Shown one piece after another: positions 10,437 to 20,699 of a stretch of DNA of 64,000 nucleotides. A program made the translations under genes and the position numbers. The number at the start of each line of letters is the position of its first letter. The first letter of the stretch is position 1. This DNA comes from an uncultured Actinomycetes bacterium. GTDB lineage: Bacteria > Actinomycetota > Humimicrobiia > Humimicrobiales > Humimicrobiaceae. Under the pieces are notes generated by a model that made no database searches, was not told where the DNA came from, and was given only the letters and a program-made list of their open reading frames with translations. Location of the stretch: positions 85,453-149,452 of the forward strand of contig CAWKAO010000003.1 in the NCBI GenBank assembly GCA_963847665.1. Direction: 5' to 3'.

Positions 10437-11625
10437 CTTTTACCCCTGCCAGGTCCTTATATAGGTCCTGCATATCTATAAGCTGATTCTTTAAGCTGAA
10501 CCTGTCTTTAAGTATGCTTATCGCATTTTCCCTGATATTTTTAAGATTATACCTGTTTTGATATACATCCAGGATCTTTTCAGCAAGTGCCTCCCTTTCT
10601 GTATCGACAAGAAACCCGTTTTTACCATCCTCTATTATCTCTGGTATGCCACCCACTTTTGTGGCTATTACAATATTTGCTGAAGCAAATCCTTCAAGGA
10701 TCACCCTTGGAAATGCATCATCTAATACAGGACAGTGGACAAGTACATCAGTAGATCTCAGTATCCCTTTTACATTTTTATTATAACCTATCATAAATAC
10801 TTTATCTTCAAGGCTGTTTTTCTTTATCATCTCTACAAGCCCTTCTTTATATGGCATGTCTTTTTCATTATAGATATCACCGACAAGTACGACTCTGATG
10901 TCTCTACCCTTCAGTTTATCGCTTGCCATGGAATCGACAAGCAAAGCCTGCCCTTTCAGCTCTGATATGTTTCCAATATTCACAATGATGAAGTCTCCGG
11001 TCTCCCTAGTAAAGAAAGCTCCAAGGTCTTCTTCCCTGACATTTTTTATATATTCATCATAATCAAGGCAATCATTGATGATTTTTAGCTTTTTCTTATT
11101 TACTTTCTGGCTGTTATAAGAACTAAAATCCAGAGCAGCTTTTTGTGACACAGCTACTACACTGTCTGCAAAAATCCCAGCAAATCTTGCCCTGATCTTT
11201 TTTTTCCACTTTTTATCAAGTATGTTCTTGAAGCTTATTATAAGCTTTTTCCCTGAAAGTTTTGCAGGAATAGCCACATAAAAGGCTTCCTGGATAGTGT
11301 GACATGAAATAATGTCTATCTTGTTTCTTATTATAAAAAAAAAGAAAATTATATTTATTATTTTTATGCTTATCAAAAACCATATAAGTAAAAATGGATT
11401 ATAATTGACATGCAAAAACGGCATCCTGATTATCCTGGTCTCTATATTGCTCTCAATCAGCCTGTAATACAGTGGACCCTTATCGTCAGGAAGGGCGACG
11501 ACCGGATGAAAACGTTCCTTGTCTATATTTTTTACAATATCCAGGAGAATACTTTCAGCACCTGTTATTTTTGATACCCTTGATATGTATAATATTTTTA
11601 TTTTTTTATCTTCCACATGCACCAT
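10429..11625 (-). CDS. Glycosyltransferase, GT4 family
   Basis: 'EGFASANIVIATKVGGIPEIIEDGKNGFLV' donor-binding motif of GT4 enzymes. Confidence 0.8.
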   Translation of the reverse strand: MVHVEDKKIKILYISRVSKITGAESILLDIVKNIDKERFHPVVALPDDKGPLYYRLIESNIETRIIRMPFLHVNYNPFLLIWFLISIKIINIIFFFFIIRNKIDIISCHTIQEAFYVAIPAKLSGKKLIISFKNILDKKWKKKIRARFAGIFADSVVAVSQKAALDFSSYNSQKVNKKKLKIINDCLDYDEYIKNVREEDLGAFFTRETGDFIIVNIGNISELKGQALLVDSMASDKLKGRDIRVVLVGDIYNEKDMPYKEGLVEMIKKNSLEDKVFMIGYNKNVKGILRSTDVLVHCPVLDDAFPRVILEGFASANIVIATKVGGIPEIIEDGKNGFLVDTEREALAEKILDVYQNRYNLKNIRENAISILKDRFSLKNQLIDMQDLYKDLAGVKDE

Positions 11626-11644
11626 TTTTAAAATTTTATTTACT

Positions 11645-12625
11645 TTATATTATCCTGATATCTTTTTTTCTTTTTATTATTTTTACAATGAAAGGAAGAT
11701 AACTCATAATAAAATAGACTAAAAGCTTTAAATCAAACCCATATTTTTTACGGTACTCCTTTATAGTATTTCTCAATTGCTGGTCTTTAAAGGCATAGAG
11801 CAGTAGATAAGCCTTCTGCCTGTAAAAATCCCCGTATGCATTACTGTCGCTGATATTATTTCCCTGAACAGTCTGTGAAGAATAAGGCTGCATCTGTGAA
11901 ATGTCAATATATCCTTCATGCAAGTGGCTGGCTCTTCTTTCATAGAAAATATGCGCAAGTCTCCTGTAATAATCCTGATGCTGCCTTTTTTTATAAGTTA
12001 TTGAATTTTCAGTCAGTCTTTCCTTTATCAGGAAATCGGGCAGGTTTACAAACCTTACATTATCTGACAGTAACCTGAGATAAAGGTCATAATCCTGTGA
12101 AAACTTAAATTTTTCCCTGTAAGAATATCTGCCATCATTACGAAACATTATCGACGAGTGATACATGCAATTATACTCAAGCATTGTCTTCCCTAGTATT
12201 TCTTCGTTTTCTAAGGCTGTTTCCCTACAGATCTCTTCACCTTTTTCATCGATTATTATCACTGAGGTTCCTGTCAGGTAGATTTCAGGATTACTCTCAA
12301 GGTATTCAAACTGTAACTTTATCCTGTCAGGAAGGGATATATTACCAGCGTCCTGGCGGACAATATATTTTGCTTTTGATATGCTTATCCCCTTAAGAAG
12401 TGAAAATGTCAATCCTAGATTTCTGTCGTTTTTAATGTACTTTAATCTTACATCATTAAAATCATCAATGACCTGTTTAAGGTCATAATCGCAGCCATCA
12501 TCGATTATAATGAGATCAAAGTCCGAATAGGTCTGGTCAAGAATGCTTTTAATGGAATCTGAGACATAGCTTTGGTATCCCAAAACACTCATCAAGACAG
12601 AGACTTTAAAAATTGAATTATTCAT
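11645..12625 (-). CDS. Glycosyltransferase, GT2 family
   Basis: 'VSVLMSVLGYQSYVSDSIKSILDQTYSDFDLIIIDDGCD' shows the GT-A N-terminus with a DDG motif. Confidence 0.75.
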   Translation of the reverse strand: MNNSIFKVSVLMSVLGYQSYVSDSIKSILDQTYSDFDLIIIDDGCDYDLKQVIDDFNDVRLKYIKNDRNLGLTFSLLKGISISKAKYIVRQDAGNISLPDRIKLQFEYLESNPEIYLTGTSVIIIDEKGEEICRETALENEEILGKTMLEYNCMYHSSIMFRNDGRYSYREKFKFSQDYDLYLRLLSDNVRFVNLPDFLIKERLTENSITYKKRQHQDYYRRLAHIFYERRASHLHEGYIDISQMQPYSSQTVQGNNISDSNAYGDFYRQKAYLLLYAFKDQQLRNTIKEYRKKYGFDLKLLVYFIMSYLPFIVKIIKRKKDIRII

Positions 12626-13499
12626 TCCTTTTCTTTAAAGGCAGGAATACGTCCGGTAAAAAAACAACTATCAGGCCTGCAAGTATGGATATGAGCAATA
12701 TTACCGGTACTTCTTTTAAATAATTTATGTTTACTGCTTCTGCTGGAACAGAAGGTTCTTGAGAAATAATGACTGTATTTAATATATAATCTTTATTATC
12801 TAAAATATTGTATTTTATTGAGCTTAAGTCTTCATATATTCTTTTATCTGCAGCTTCAGTAGGATTAAGTTCGTTTAACTTCTCGTTTATCTTCGCTTCG
12901 AGTTCACTTATGGCATTTGCCTTCTGATTGTAATAATTGTCCAGAAAAGTATTTATCAGGGTGCTGTTTATTTTATAAGCAACATCCGGATCATAATAAG
13001 AAATCCTTATTAATAGTACCCTGTTATTATTATCGGTAAGAGTAACAAGAGCAGATAGTATGCTGTCTGCGGTAACTCCATCACCAGTCTGAGCAGCAAC
13101 TTCATCCAAAAAAGATTTATCCTTTATCTGTTTTGAAAGAAAGTTGAGTTTTGATATCTCAAGCTCATCGCCCTTCTGGTTTGAAAGATAAACGTCAATA
13201 CTTGCTGATTCATCAGGGAAGTACTTTAACAGGTCATCATTATAATATACTCCTGAGAGCTTAAGTCTTGACGAGGACTCATAAATGGGTATTTTGATAA
13301 ATGTATACAAAAGGCCTGCAATAAGGATTATGACCATGGTAGCAATAAAAGCCCATTTGCGCCTTAAGAATATTATGAAAATATCTTTTATGGTCAAGCT
13401 ATGTTTCAAAAACTTATCTTCCCTGTAATTACTTTGTCTTGTTCGTCTAAAAAATATTAGAATTTTTTTACAGCTATTTGAGCTATTATTATATAACAT
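12618..13499 (-). CDS. Polysaccharide chain-length determinant (Wzz/PCP-like) protein
   Basis: Bitopic topology with N-terminal TM 'AFIATMVIILIAGLLYTFI' and C-terminal TM 'VILLISILAGLIVVFLP', and a coiled-coil-like periplasmic middle. First gene of the long minus-strand operon, overlapping the next GT2 by 8 nt. Confidence 0.5.
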   Translation of the reverse strand: MLYNNSSNSCKKILIFFRRTRQSNYREDKFLKHSLTIKDIFIIFLRRKWAFIATMVIILIAGLLYTFIKIPIYESSSRLKLSGVYYNDDLLKYFPDESASIDVYLSNQKGDELEISKLNFLSKQIKDKSFLDEVAAQTGDGVTADSILSALVTLTDNNNRVLLIRISYYDPDVAYKINSTLINTFLDNYYNQKANAISELEAKINEKLNELNPTEAADKRIYEDLSSIKYNILDNKDYILNTVIISQEPSVPAEAVNINYLKEVPVILLISILAGLIVVFLPDVFLPLKKRNE

Positions 13500-13604
13500 G
13501 CAAATTATAGATAAAACCTAATATTTCTTTACTTTGTAAATAAAATGTTTTATTTTAGAAAAACTATTTTTACTAAAAACCCGATAATACAATAGAGCAG
13601 TAAT

Positions 13605-14393
13605 ATGCAAACAGTCAGTAGTGGCATTAAGATAGGAGTGATCCCTGCAGCTGGATCTGGTTCCAGGCTTGGTTATCTTTCAAATCTACTCCCCAAGACT
13701 TTGTTTCCCGTCTATGACAGACCTATTCTGCACCATGTGATAAACCTTATGGAATCCCTTGGAATTGAGGATATTTACATAATCATCAATATTCATAAAG
13801 AAAAAATAAAAGAATATCTAAAAAATTCCCATGACGGGTTAAAAGCCAGAATACATTTTGTCGAACAGAAAGAATTAAATGGCACTGCTAATGCAATAAT
13901 GCTGATAAAGAATTATACTAAAAATCAACCTTTTCTTACCATGCTTGGTGATGAATGTATTTTCAATGATACTTTACAGGATTTTATAAAACTCTTCTAT
14001 AAAAATGATTGCGTGGCTGCAGAAATAGTAATCAGGGAAAAGGACAGGGAAATCATTATGCAGACATGTTGTGCAAGAATGGCAAAAGATAACAGGATAA
14101 TCGAGATAATTGAAAAACCTACTGAACCAAGTACAAATATCAGGGGTTGTGGAGTTTACCTTTTTGGCCCCGGTATATTTGAATTTATTGAAAAAACAGA
14201 GATAAATCCTTTAAGAAATGAGAAAGATATTACAACTGCCATAGACAATGTAGCAAAAGCTAAAAAAGCATTTGGGTACTTTTTAAAAGGATCGACCATC
14301 AATATAAATAATGCAGATGAGCTTCTGAAAGCAAGCAGTCTTGCTAAAAAATATATAAACTCTTTTCACGTTGGCAAAAATAATTCTTTCTAA
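13605..14393 (+). CDS. Sugar-1-phosphate nucleotidyltransferase (RmlA/GlmU-N-like NTP_transferase family)
   Basis: N-terminal 'GVIPAAGSGSRLGYLSNLLPKTLFPV' is the G-x-G-x-R-L nucleotide-binding signature. 262 aa. Confidence 0.75.
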   Translation: MQTVSSGIKIGVIPAAGSGSRLGYLSNLLPKTLFPVYDRPILHHVINLMESLGIEDIYIIINIHKEKIKEYLKNSHDGLKARIHFVEQKELNGTANAIMLIKNYTKNQPFLTMLGDECIFNDTLQDFIKLFYKNDCVAAEIVIREKDREIIMQTCCARMAKDNRIIEIIEKPTEPSTNIRGCGVYLFGPGIFEFIEKTEINPLRNEKDITTAIDNVAKAKKAFGYFLKGSTININNADELLKASSLAKKYINSFHVGKNNSF

Positions 14394-14409
14394 CCCTCTG
14401 GACTTACGT

Positions 14410-15678
14410 CTATTTTACTTCAAATCTCTTATTGCTTATAAAAAACCAGACCATAAGTATTATAAATGAAATAAACTCTCCAAGTATCACAGCTATGATT
14501 ATGCCGTTTATCTTAAAAAATGGGATAAAGATAGCAAAAAGCCCGACTTTTATTCCTTCAATAACTGGGTTCAGCTTTAAAATACTGTTACCACTGCCCT
14601 GGTAGCTTGCCATGTATTTAATAGTCAGGTTTACCGGGATAAAGATTACGGGTATCAGTATCATCTGGCCATAGCGGACGGTCGTAGTATCCACCACATC
14701 AAAAAAGACCCTTAATAAAAATGGTGTAATAAACCAAAAGATAACAAAAAGTAATACTCCGGTCAAAATTATGAGAACTAGGCCTTTTTTTAATATCCTC
14801 CTGTTATCCCCTTCGGTTCTTGAGGCAAGCTTTACAGTCGGGACGTTTACAAGGGTCTTTAGGCCGTTTTTTATAAAAGATGGAAATATATTTATTATGC
14901 TGTAAATACCTACAGTTGCAGCATTTGCGGCGGCATCAAGTATAAGTTTTTCAACGTTTGTAGCAATTACAGAAGCTACTGATGAACCGGTGATCTTGAT
15001 TCCATGCTTTATGAGTTCTTTATCTTTTTCCTTGTCCACAGGATCATGTCTGATACTTTTAAAGATTATGAAGTAATATATCACATTAAAGACGGCGACT
15101 ATCAGGATAAAAGCAAGTATAGTAAAAAGATAATTACGGTAATAGAACAGTATAAGTGCGCAGACACCAAACCTGATAACAGCCATTATGGTGTTAAATA
15201 TCAATATCTGCTTGAACTTCCTTTCACCATAGAAATATGACTCCCATATATTGAAGCCATAATATACTGGCAGCAGCAGGCTGGAGAAAATAAGGGCCAT
15301 TTTTACATCACTATTTTTATAATAAGTAAATGCAAGTATAACCATTATTATACTGCCGGCTAGGGAAGCTAAGGTGCTTATTTTTGTAGCTTTTATAAAA
15401 AAAGACCGGTACTTTTTTGCTACTGCTTTAGTTACAGAATTATTAAGTCCATTAATTGAGCATATTACAAGTATGTTAAATACAGAGAAGAAAATCTTAT
15501 AATTTCCCAGATCCTCTAAAGATAAGAATTTGACAAGCAGATAATTAAGAAAAAATCCATCAAGTGAGGCAATAAAGAGGTTCAATATGCTATAAACACT
15601 ATCATTGAAATTACCTTTAATATATCTGATCAAAAGGCCTGGATCAAAATATTTTTTTAATTTTTTTTTATTAAACAA
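14410..15678 (-). CDS. wzx: Wzx-type polysaccharide flippase (MOP/PST superfamily)
   Basis: 422 aa, ~12 TM segments with PST-family organisation. Convergent with the nucleotidyltransferase. Confidence 0.7.
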   Translation of the reverse strand: MFNKKKLKKYFDPGLLIRYIKGNFNDSVYSILNLFIASLDGFFLNYLLVKFLSLEDLGNYKIFFSVFNILVICSINGLNNSVTKAVAKKYRSFFIKATKISTLASLAGSIIMVILAFTYYKNSDVKMALIFSSLLLPVYYGFNIWESYFYGERKFKQILIFNTIMAVIRFGVCALILFYYRNYLFTILAFILIVAVFNVIYYFIIFKSIRHDPVDKEKDKELIKHGIKITGSSVASVIATNVEKLILDAAANAATVGIYSIINIFPSFIKNGLKTLVNVPTVKLASRTEGDNRRILKKGLVLIILTGVLLFVIFWFITPFLLRVFFDVVDTTTVRYGQMILIPVIFIPVNLTIKYMASYQGSGNSILKLNPVIEGIKVGLFAIFIPFFKINGIIIAVILGEFISFIILMVWFFISNKRFEVK

Positions 15679-15723
15679 TTTCAGGATATTATAAAGATAT
15701 CAACTTATATTTATTTTAAAATG

Positions 15724-16230
15724 TTATTTTACTGCTTTCAGGATAAACCCTGTTGTAAGGATGTCACTATTCACATTTAAAAGATTGTTTTCTTCAGCTT
15801 TTATTTCCTGTTTTACGAGATTTTTGAGATTATTACTTATGAATTTTATTTTTTCTTTAAAAAAAATATCTTTATCAATTTTTTTAAACCTCTCAAGATA
15901 TTTTTCCATATCGATTAAAAATTGGATACTACGGTAAGTACCCTGAAAATAAACGGATACTTCCCTGAAGCCAATCTCCCATAATTTTATGCTGAGCCAC
16001 TTGTATGAATAGACATTTAAATTATTTATGGGCTCAGTACCAAAAATAAACGGGCATGAAAATATTAGTTTTCCCCCATCATTTAGGTGATCATATATTT
16101 GTTTAAGGTCTTCCTCCGGATTTTCTAAATTATTATCCTTTATTATCGCGACATCATATTGTTTTTTGTTTAGATCACAATTGCCATAAAAGCAGATATC
16201 GCTGTCTTTCCTTAAATCCAGCGATCTCAT
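15724..16230 (-). CDS. Remnant of a class I SAM-dependent methyltransferase (C-terminal half only)
   Basis: 'YDVAIIKDNNLENPEEDLKQIYDHLNDGGKLIFS' matches motif II / post-II of the Methyltransf_11 family. A TAG lies 2 codons upstream of the Met and no GxGxG motif I is present in any frame upstream. Overlaps the 3' end of the next gene by 56 nt. Confidence 0.4.
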   Translation of the reverse strand: MRSLDLRKDSDICFYGNCDLNKKQYDVAIIKDNNLENPEEDLKQIYDHLNDGGKLIFSCPFIFGTEPINNLNVYSYKWLSIKLWEIGFREVSVYFQGTYRSIQFLIDMEKYLERFKKIDKDIFFKEKIKFISNNLKNLVKQEIKAEENNLLNVNSDILTTGFILKAVK

Positions 16231-17200
16231 TTTCTATAAAATGATCATTAAAAAAATCCCTGAGAGAAAAATCACCGGTCTCATTGACAACTGCTTTAGC
16301 AGCATCGATGCTTTGGAAGACTGCCTCCGAAAGCAGGCATCTGTTAATATAGTCTATCCACTGATCTGAAGTCGTTCTCTCTATATTCTTATACTTACCT
16401 TCAGTTTTTAATATTCCTCTGCCTAGATGCATATAAACCACATTATTATCATCATCAAATGCTCTTGTCGAATTAATATTATATATCTCCAGGGTCTCAG
16501 GTATAAGGTCCACTGATTCAGGTTCATCAAATGTATTTCTCGCAGCAAAGACCCCATAGTCATTTTTTAAAAACTCATGTATCAGCTTGTCGCCTATATC
16601 ATAAGCGGGCAGTTCAGGCATAAAACTTAAATTCAATTTTTTATAAAGTTGAAAATCGATAAGATATCCACAAACATGAAGGACGCCCTCTGGTACCCTT
16701 TCTTTTGTCAATCTAAAACCAGAAGCCCTGATCTTATTGTCTAGTTTTGAGAGCAGAAATTGCAACCATCCATATTTACAGACAACTGTATCTGAATGAA
16801 ACGTCACAACGTATTTTGCATTCTGATCTATTAGCCTTACCCCGACTTCCATTGCAATTCCATTAGAGTAAGAACCTCTTTCCTTTGGTTCGGTACGGAT
16901 GAACACCAGATTTACATCATTTAATTCATTCATCCATCCCAGGTTTTCAACAGGAGAATGGTCATCTATTACCCATAGCTCATAGGGAATATCTGTAAAT
17001 TTTTTAATACATTCTATACTTAGCCTCGTAAGAATCGATGCATCTTTATTAGGCTGGTAACTGACGATCAGTATTTTAGGAGCATCGGCAGGTCTTCTAT
17101 TATTTGCATTATATTTTATTTCATACTGTTTCCCATCAAATTCCAAGATTGTGTTTAGATATTTATTGCTTTCTAACCAGTTTTCCATCTTATTCCTCAT
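16175..17200 (-). CDS. Putative GT-A-fold glycosyltransferase
   Basis: 'KILIVSYQPNKDASILTRLSIECIKKFTDIPYELWVIDDHS' gives an N-terminal Rossmann-like pattern with a DxD-type motif. Weak family assignment. Confidence 0.45.
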   Translation of the reverse strand: MRNKMENWLESNKYLNTILEFDGKQYEIKYNANNRRPADAPKILIVSYQPNKDASILTRLSIECIKKFTDIPYELWVIDDHSPVENLGWMNELNDVNLVFIRTEPKERGSYSNGIAMEVGVRLIDQNAKYVVTFHSDTVVCKYGWLQFLLSKLDNKIRASGFRLTKERVPEGVLHVCGYLIDFQLYKKLNLSFMPELPAYDIGDKLIHEFLKNDYGVFAARNTFDEPESVDLIPETLEIYNINSTRAFDDDNNVVYMHLGRGILKTEGKYKNIERTTSDQWIDYINRCLLSEAVFQSIDAAKAVVNETGDFSLRDFFNDHFIENEIAGFKERQRYLLLWQL

Positions 17201-17247
17201 AATCTGCTGATTACAATATTTTTAAGTATTATTGACTTGGAACTAGC

Positions 17248-18240
17248 CTATTCAATGATAGACACTTCGTTGTTCCATTTGAGCTTCTTGAAGATCTCAA
17301 TATTTTTATATTTTTCCTGATTCAGATCTCCATAATAATCAAGATTGCTGTAGAGTTCTGAAATTATATCTGCTATATCAAATTGAGGTTGGAATCCAAG
17401 TTTGGTCTTGGCTCTTTCTATTTTTACTTTATAGTTTCTAAAATCCTGAATATTATTGATCTCCAATTTTATTTTTTCATTAGTCAATTTTTCAATCTCA
17501 CTTTTTACAAGATCTCCAACCTGGCCGACTGTATAATTACCGGATGCTACATTGAAGCACCCACTTATAGAATATACAGCTTGTATCGACCTGAGATAAG
17601 CTGAAACAGCATCCCGGATATCAAAAATTGGCCGCCATATTGATGGATTATTGATCGTAATCTTTCGCTCAGTAATAGCTGTTTTTAACATAGTGTTTAC
17701 TATCAGGTCAAATCTCATTCTCGGACTGTGTCCACATACTGTTCCCTGCCTTAAAGCAATAACTGAAAAGTCATCATCATGTAATTGAAATACTCCCCGC
17801 TCCCCCTGAAGTTTTGAAATACCATAAGGGTAAAAACAGGCCACAGGTGAATCTTCATCGTATAATTCATCAACAGTGTATCCATAGATCGAGCAAGAAG
17901 AAGCATATATAAATCTTCTTATTCCTGCCTGTTTACAAATAAAAGCCAGGTAAGCCGGGAGCGCAGCATTATAAATAAAATTCTTCGCGGGACTATATTC
18001 AGCCATCGGATCGTTGGAAAGACCAGCTAAAAAAATAAACTGGTCGAAACCGGTAAAGTCCTGTTTCTGGCAATTAAATAAATCCTTTTTTATAACAGTG
18101 ACATTTTCAGGCAGATGGTTACCAAACCAGCAAAGGTCGATCACCGTAATATCATAACCGTGCTCTATTAGTTCAGGTATCAATCTGGAGCCTATATAAC
18201 CTGCACCTCCACCAATAAGTAAGCGTATTTTTTTATCCAT
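17248..18240 (-). CDS. NAD-dependent nucleotide-sugar epimerase/dehydratase (extended SDR family)
   Basis: 'LLIGGGAGYIGSRLIPEL' glycine-rich NAD-binding motif and the 'YGISK' (YxxxK) catalytic motif. Confidence 0.8.
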   Translation of the reverse strand: MDKKIRLLIGGGAGYIGSRLIPELIEHGYDITVIDLCWFGNHLPENVTVIKKDLFNCQKQDFTGFDQFIFLAGLSNDPMAEYSPAKNFIYNAALPAYLAFICKQAGIRRFIYASSCSIYGYTVDELYDEDSPVACFYPYGISKLQGERGVFQLHDDDFSVIALRQGTVCGHSPRMRFDLIVNTMLKTAITERKITINNPSIWRPIFDIRDAVSAYLRSIQAVYSISGCFNVASGNYTVGQVGDLVKSEIEKLTNEKIKLEINNIQDFRNYKVKIERAKTKLGFQPQFDIADIISELYSNLDYYGDLNQEKYKNIEIFKKLKWNNEVSIIE

Positions 18241-18975
18241 TTAGTTCCTTTTTGACTTTAATAATTTATTATACCTGTCACAGATCAATGATGTATCCCT
18301 GGGGGCAATAAAAGAAACATCTTTAACTGAAATTGTCCCGATCTTTTTTCGTTCGTCCAGTCCACAGGCATATTCGTAAACTGTTTTCCTTTTTCCCCCA
18401 ATATGAATAATGCCAGTTATATTTTCTCCATTTTTAAGTATATCAATGATCTTTTTTGCAATTACACTTACATTTTCACGGCTGGTCCACTGATCAATAA
18501 AAGCTTTTTCATATGGGAATACATTTGGACCAAAACTTGTCCTGATTATCAAAGAATTATTGTAAAGATGTACGGCGCATTCTCCCCCCAGTTTGGACCA
18601 TGCATATTTATTCACCGGGAATACAGGATCGTATTCTTTATATTTCCCCTTGTCACCTTTGAAAACATAATCGGTTGAAATATAAATAAGCCATAAGTTA
18701 TATTTTAAACATAGCTTAACAATATTAGCCGTACCAATAATATTTATATCTATACCTTTTATAGGGTCTTCATTGACTTTTGGCGGAGAAGTAAATGCAG
18801 CAGCATGTATTACTAGCTTATATTTTTTACTCCTTTATAAAATTATCCATCTTTTTATGGTCAGTGATATCAAATTCTCCATGTGAGGGAAAATACGCTT
18901 CCGGGACAAGTTTTTTGAGTTCACTTCCCAGCATACCGCTCCCACCTGTAATAAGAACTTCTTCGGGATTAATCA
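18241..18975 (-). pseudogene. rmlD: dTDP-4-dehydrorhamnose reductase (RmlD) interrupted by a +1 frameshift in an A6 run
   Basis: The N-terminal 49 codons ('MINPEEVLITGGSGMLGSELKKL...DNFIKE') end at TAA (18827-18829, minus strand). The RmlD reading continues in the +1 frame ('KKYKLVIHAAAFTSPPKVNED...NKYAWSKLGGE...') down to 18241. The shift falls within the A6 run 'gagtaaaaaatat'. Confidence 0.7.
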
Positions 18976-19066
18976 TTTAGTATCCTATAAATTATTTGAA
19001 TAAATAAAATTATTAGAACGTTCGTCATTAAGCCAACCGTTTAGAGTAAGGCCAGTTTTGTCTTTT

Positions 19067-19627
19067 TCAGAAATGAAGTTCAGTAATATGGATTATGCTT
19101 TCGAATTTCTGTTTTAAATCCTTTTTACATAGCGACCAGTCAAAATCTTCTGCAAGCGGTGAGATACTTGCTTCGCATCCGGGACTGTATTCTCCTGTAC
19201 AGAAGTACTCTATCAAGCTGTTTTTTACCAGCAGTATTCCATGGGCAAACCCCGGCGGGACCCAGATCCATTCAGCTATATTACTCTCGGGATCATTTGG
19301 CATATCATAAGCAATAATATTTCCAAGAGTAGGTGAGTTCTTTCTTATATCAAGCGCAAAATCGACTAAATGCCCTGATAAGGGCCTGACTAATTTCCCC
19401 ATATATGGGTTCCATTGAAAGTGAAGACCCCTAAAAGCACCAGTGTAGGAAAAACTCTCATTTGCCTGTACAAAATTTTTACCTTTTAAAAAACCAATAT
19501 CATCGTTATTGAGAAGGTCACTTTTTCTATACTGCTCCGTAAAGTACCCCCGGTGATCACGGAAACGCTCAAAAACTACTACTTTAACTTCCGGTATGGC
19601 CAGTTCTCTGATTTCTTTGATCTTCAT
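19067..19627 (-). CDS. rmlC: dTDP-4-dehydrorhamnose 3,5-epimerase
   Basis: 186 aa. 'FERFRDHRGYFTEQY', 'GLHFQ' and the cupin core are typical of RmlC. Confidence 0.85.
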   Translation of the reverse strand: MKIKEIRELAIPEVKVVVFERFRDHRGYFTEQYRKSDLLNNDDIGFLKGKNFVQANESFSYTGAFRGLHFQWNPYMGKLVRPLSGHLVDFALDIRKNSPTLGNIIAYDMPNDPESNIAEWIWVPPGFAHGILLVKNSLIEYFCTGEYSPGCEASISPLAEDFDWSLCKKDLKQKFESIIHITELHF

Positions 19628-19769
19628 AGGTTTTTCCTTAAATTTAAATATTTTCTTCTAAATTTTAATCTTTTTAGGTTAACTTATCACTAATATAATA
19701 TCAATAAATAAAAGAGGTTTTCAAAGCTTATTGAATATTTCTACATAAGCTTTACATGACTTATTATTA

Positions 19770-20699
19770 TCATAAAGACCAGAATTGATCAGCGATATCC
19801 TGCCTGTATTTTTTATAATTTTCAATACAGTACTCCATTTTTTCTGCAAGCTTCCTGTGGTCAAAATCCCTGTACTGCTTAAAAATCTCGTTTGAAACAT
19901 TAGCAAGAAGTTCAGGAGCAAAATTAAGAACTTCTGCCATAGCCCCCGTATCAAAACCTACAACCGGGATACCGCAGGAAAGAGCTTCGATGACAGAATT
20001 GGGGCAAGCAGGATTTAGCTGGCAATGCACCAAAATATCCGATTTCCTCAGTTCGTCCCCGATCTGTTTCTTATCCATCCTGCCAAGGCATCTTATATAA
20101 TCCCTGTCAGTATATTTTAAGACGTCATCACTTGTTATAGGCCCAATGACCTTAAGCTCCAGGTCATAGCTTCCCTTCAAACTGTCCATTGCAAGCACTA
20201 CCGGTTCTATCATGTCTCTATTCCTAAACGAACCAGTAGTGACAAATATGATCTTATCCTTATTAAATTTTCTTTCTGAAGGATAGAAAATAGTCTTATC
20301 TGCACCATTATTAATAATCACATATTTATCTTTACTGAGTTCACCCATAATGGTAAAACATTCGAGTCTGCTGTATTTACTCTGGAATATGATAAAATCC
20401 GAGTATTTAAAGTATTCCCGCTTTATATGCCTGTTTAACCAAAGATATTTTAATCCATGTTTTGAAGGATAATAGATTCCGTCAAGCCGCTGTATTATTG
20501 GATATTTTTTCGATTTAAAATATTCTAAAATGGTCTTATTATAAGATATGGGAAAGAATATCTTATCTGCTTTTTTAAAGTCAGAATCTTCATCATAGTA
20601 CCTGTGATTATTTTTTATCATGTATTCTTGCAGGTACTGCATAAATGTCGAAGGGCCCCCGACATTTCTGGTAAAAGTCTTAAATGGTATAAAGATCAT
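19770..20699 (-). CDS. Glycosyltransferase, GT4 family
   Basis: GT-B fold with C-terminal 'PNSVIEALSCGIPVVGFDTGAMAEV'. Confidence 0.75.
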   Translation of the reverse strand: MIFIPFKTFTRNVGGPSTFMQYLQEYMIKNNHRYYDEDSDFKKADKIFFPISYNKTILEYFKSKKYPIIQRLDGIYYPSKHGLKYLWLNRHIKREYFKYSDFIIFQSKYSRLECFTIMGELSKDKYVIINNGADKTIFYPSERKFNKDKIIFVTTGSFRNRDMIEPVVLAMDSLKGSYDLELKVIGPITSDDVLKYTDRDYIRCLGRMDKKQIGDELRKSDILVHCQLNPACPNSVIEALSCGIPVVGFDTGAMAEVLNFAPELLANVSNEIFKQYRDFDHRKLAEKMEYCIENYKKYRQDIADQFWSL

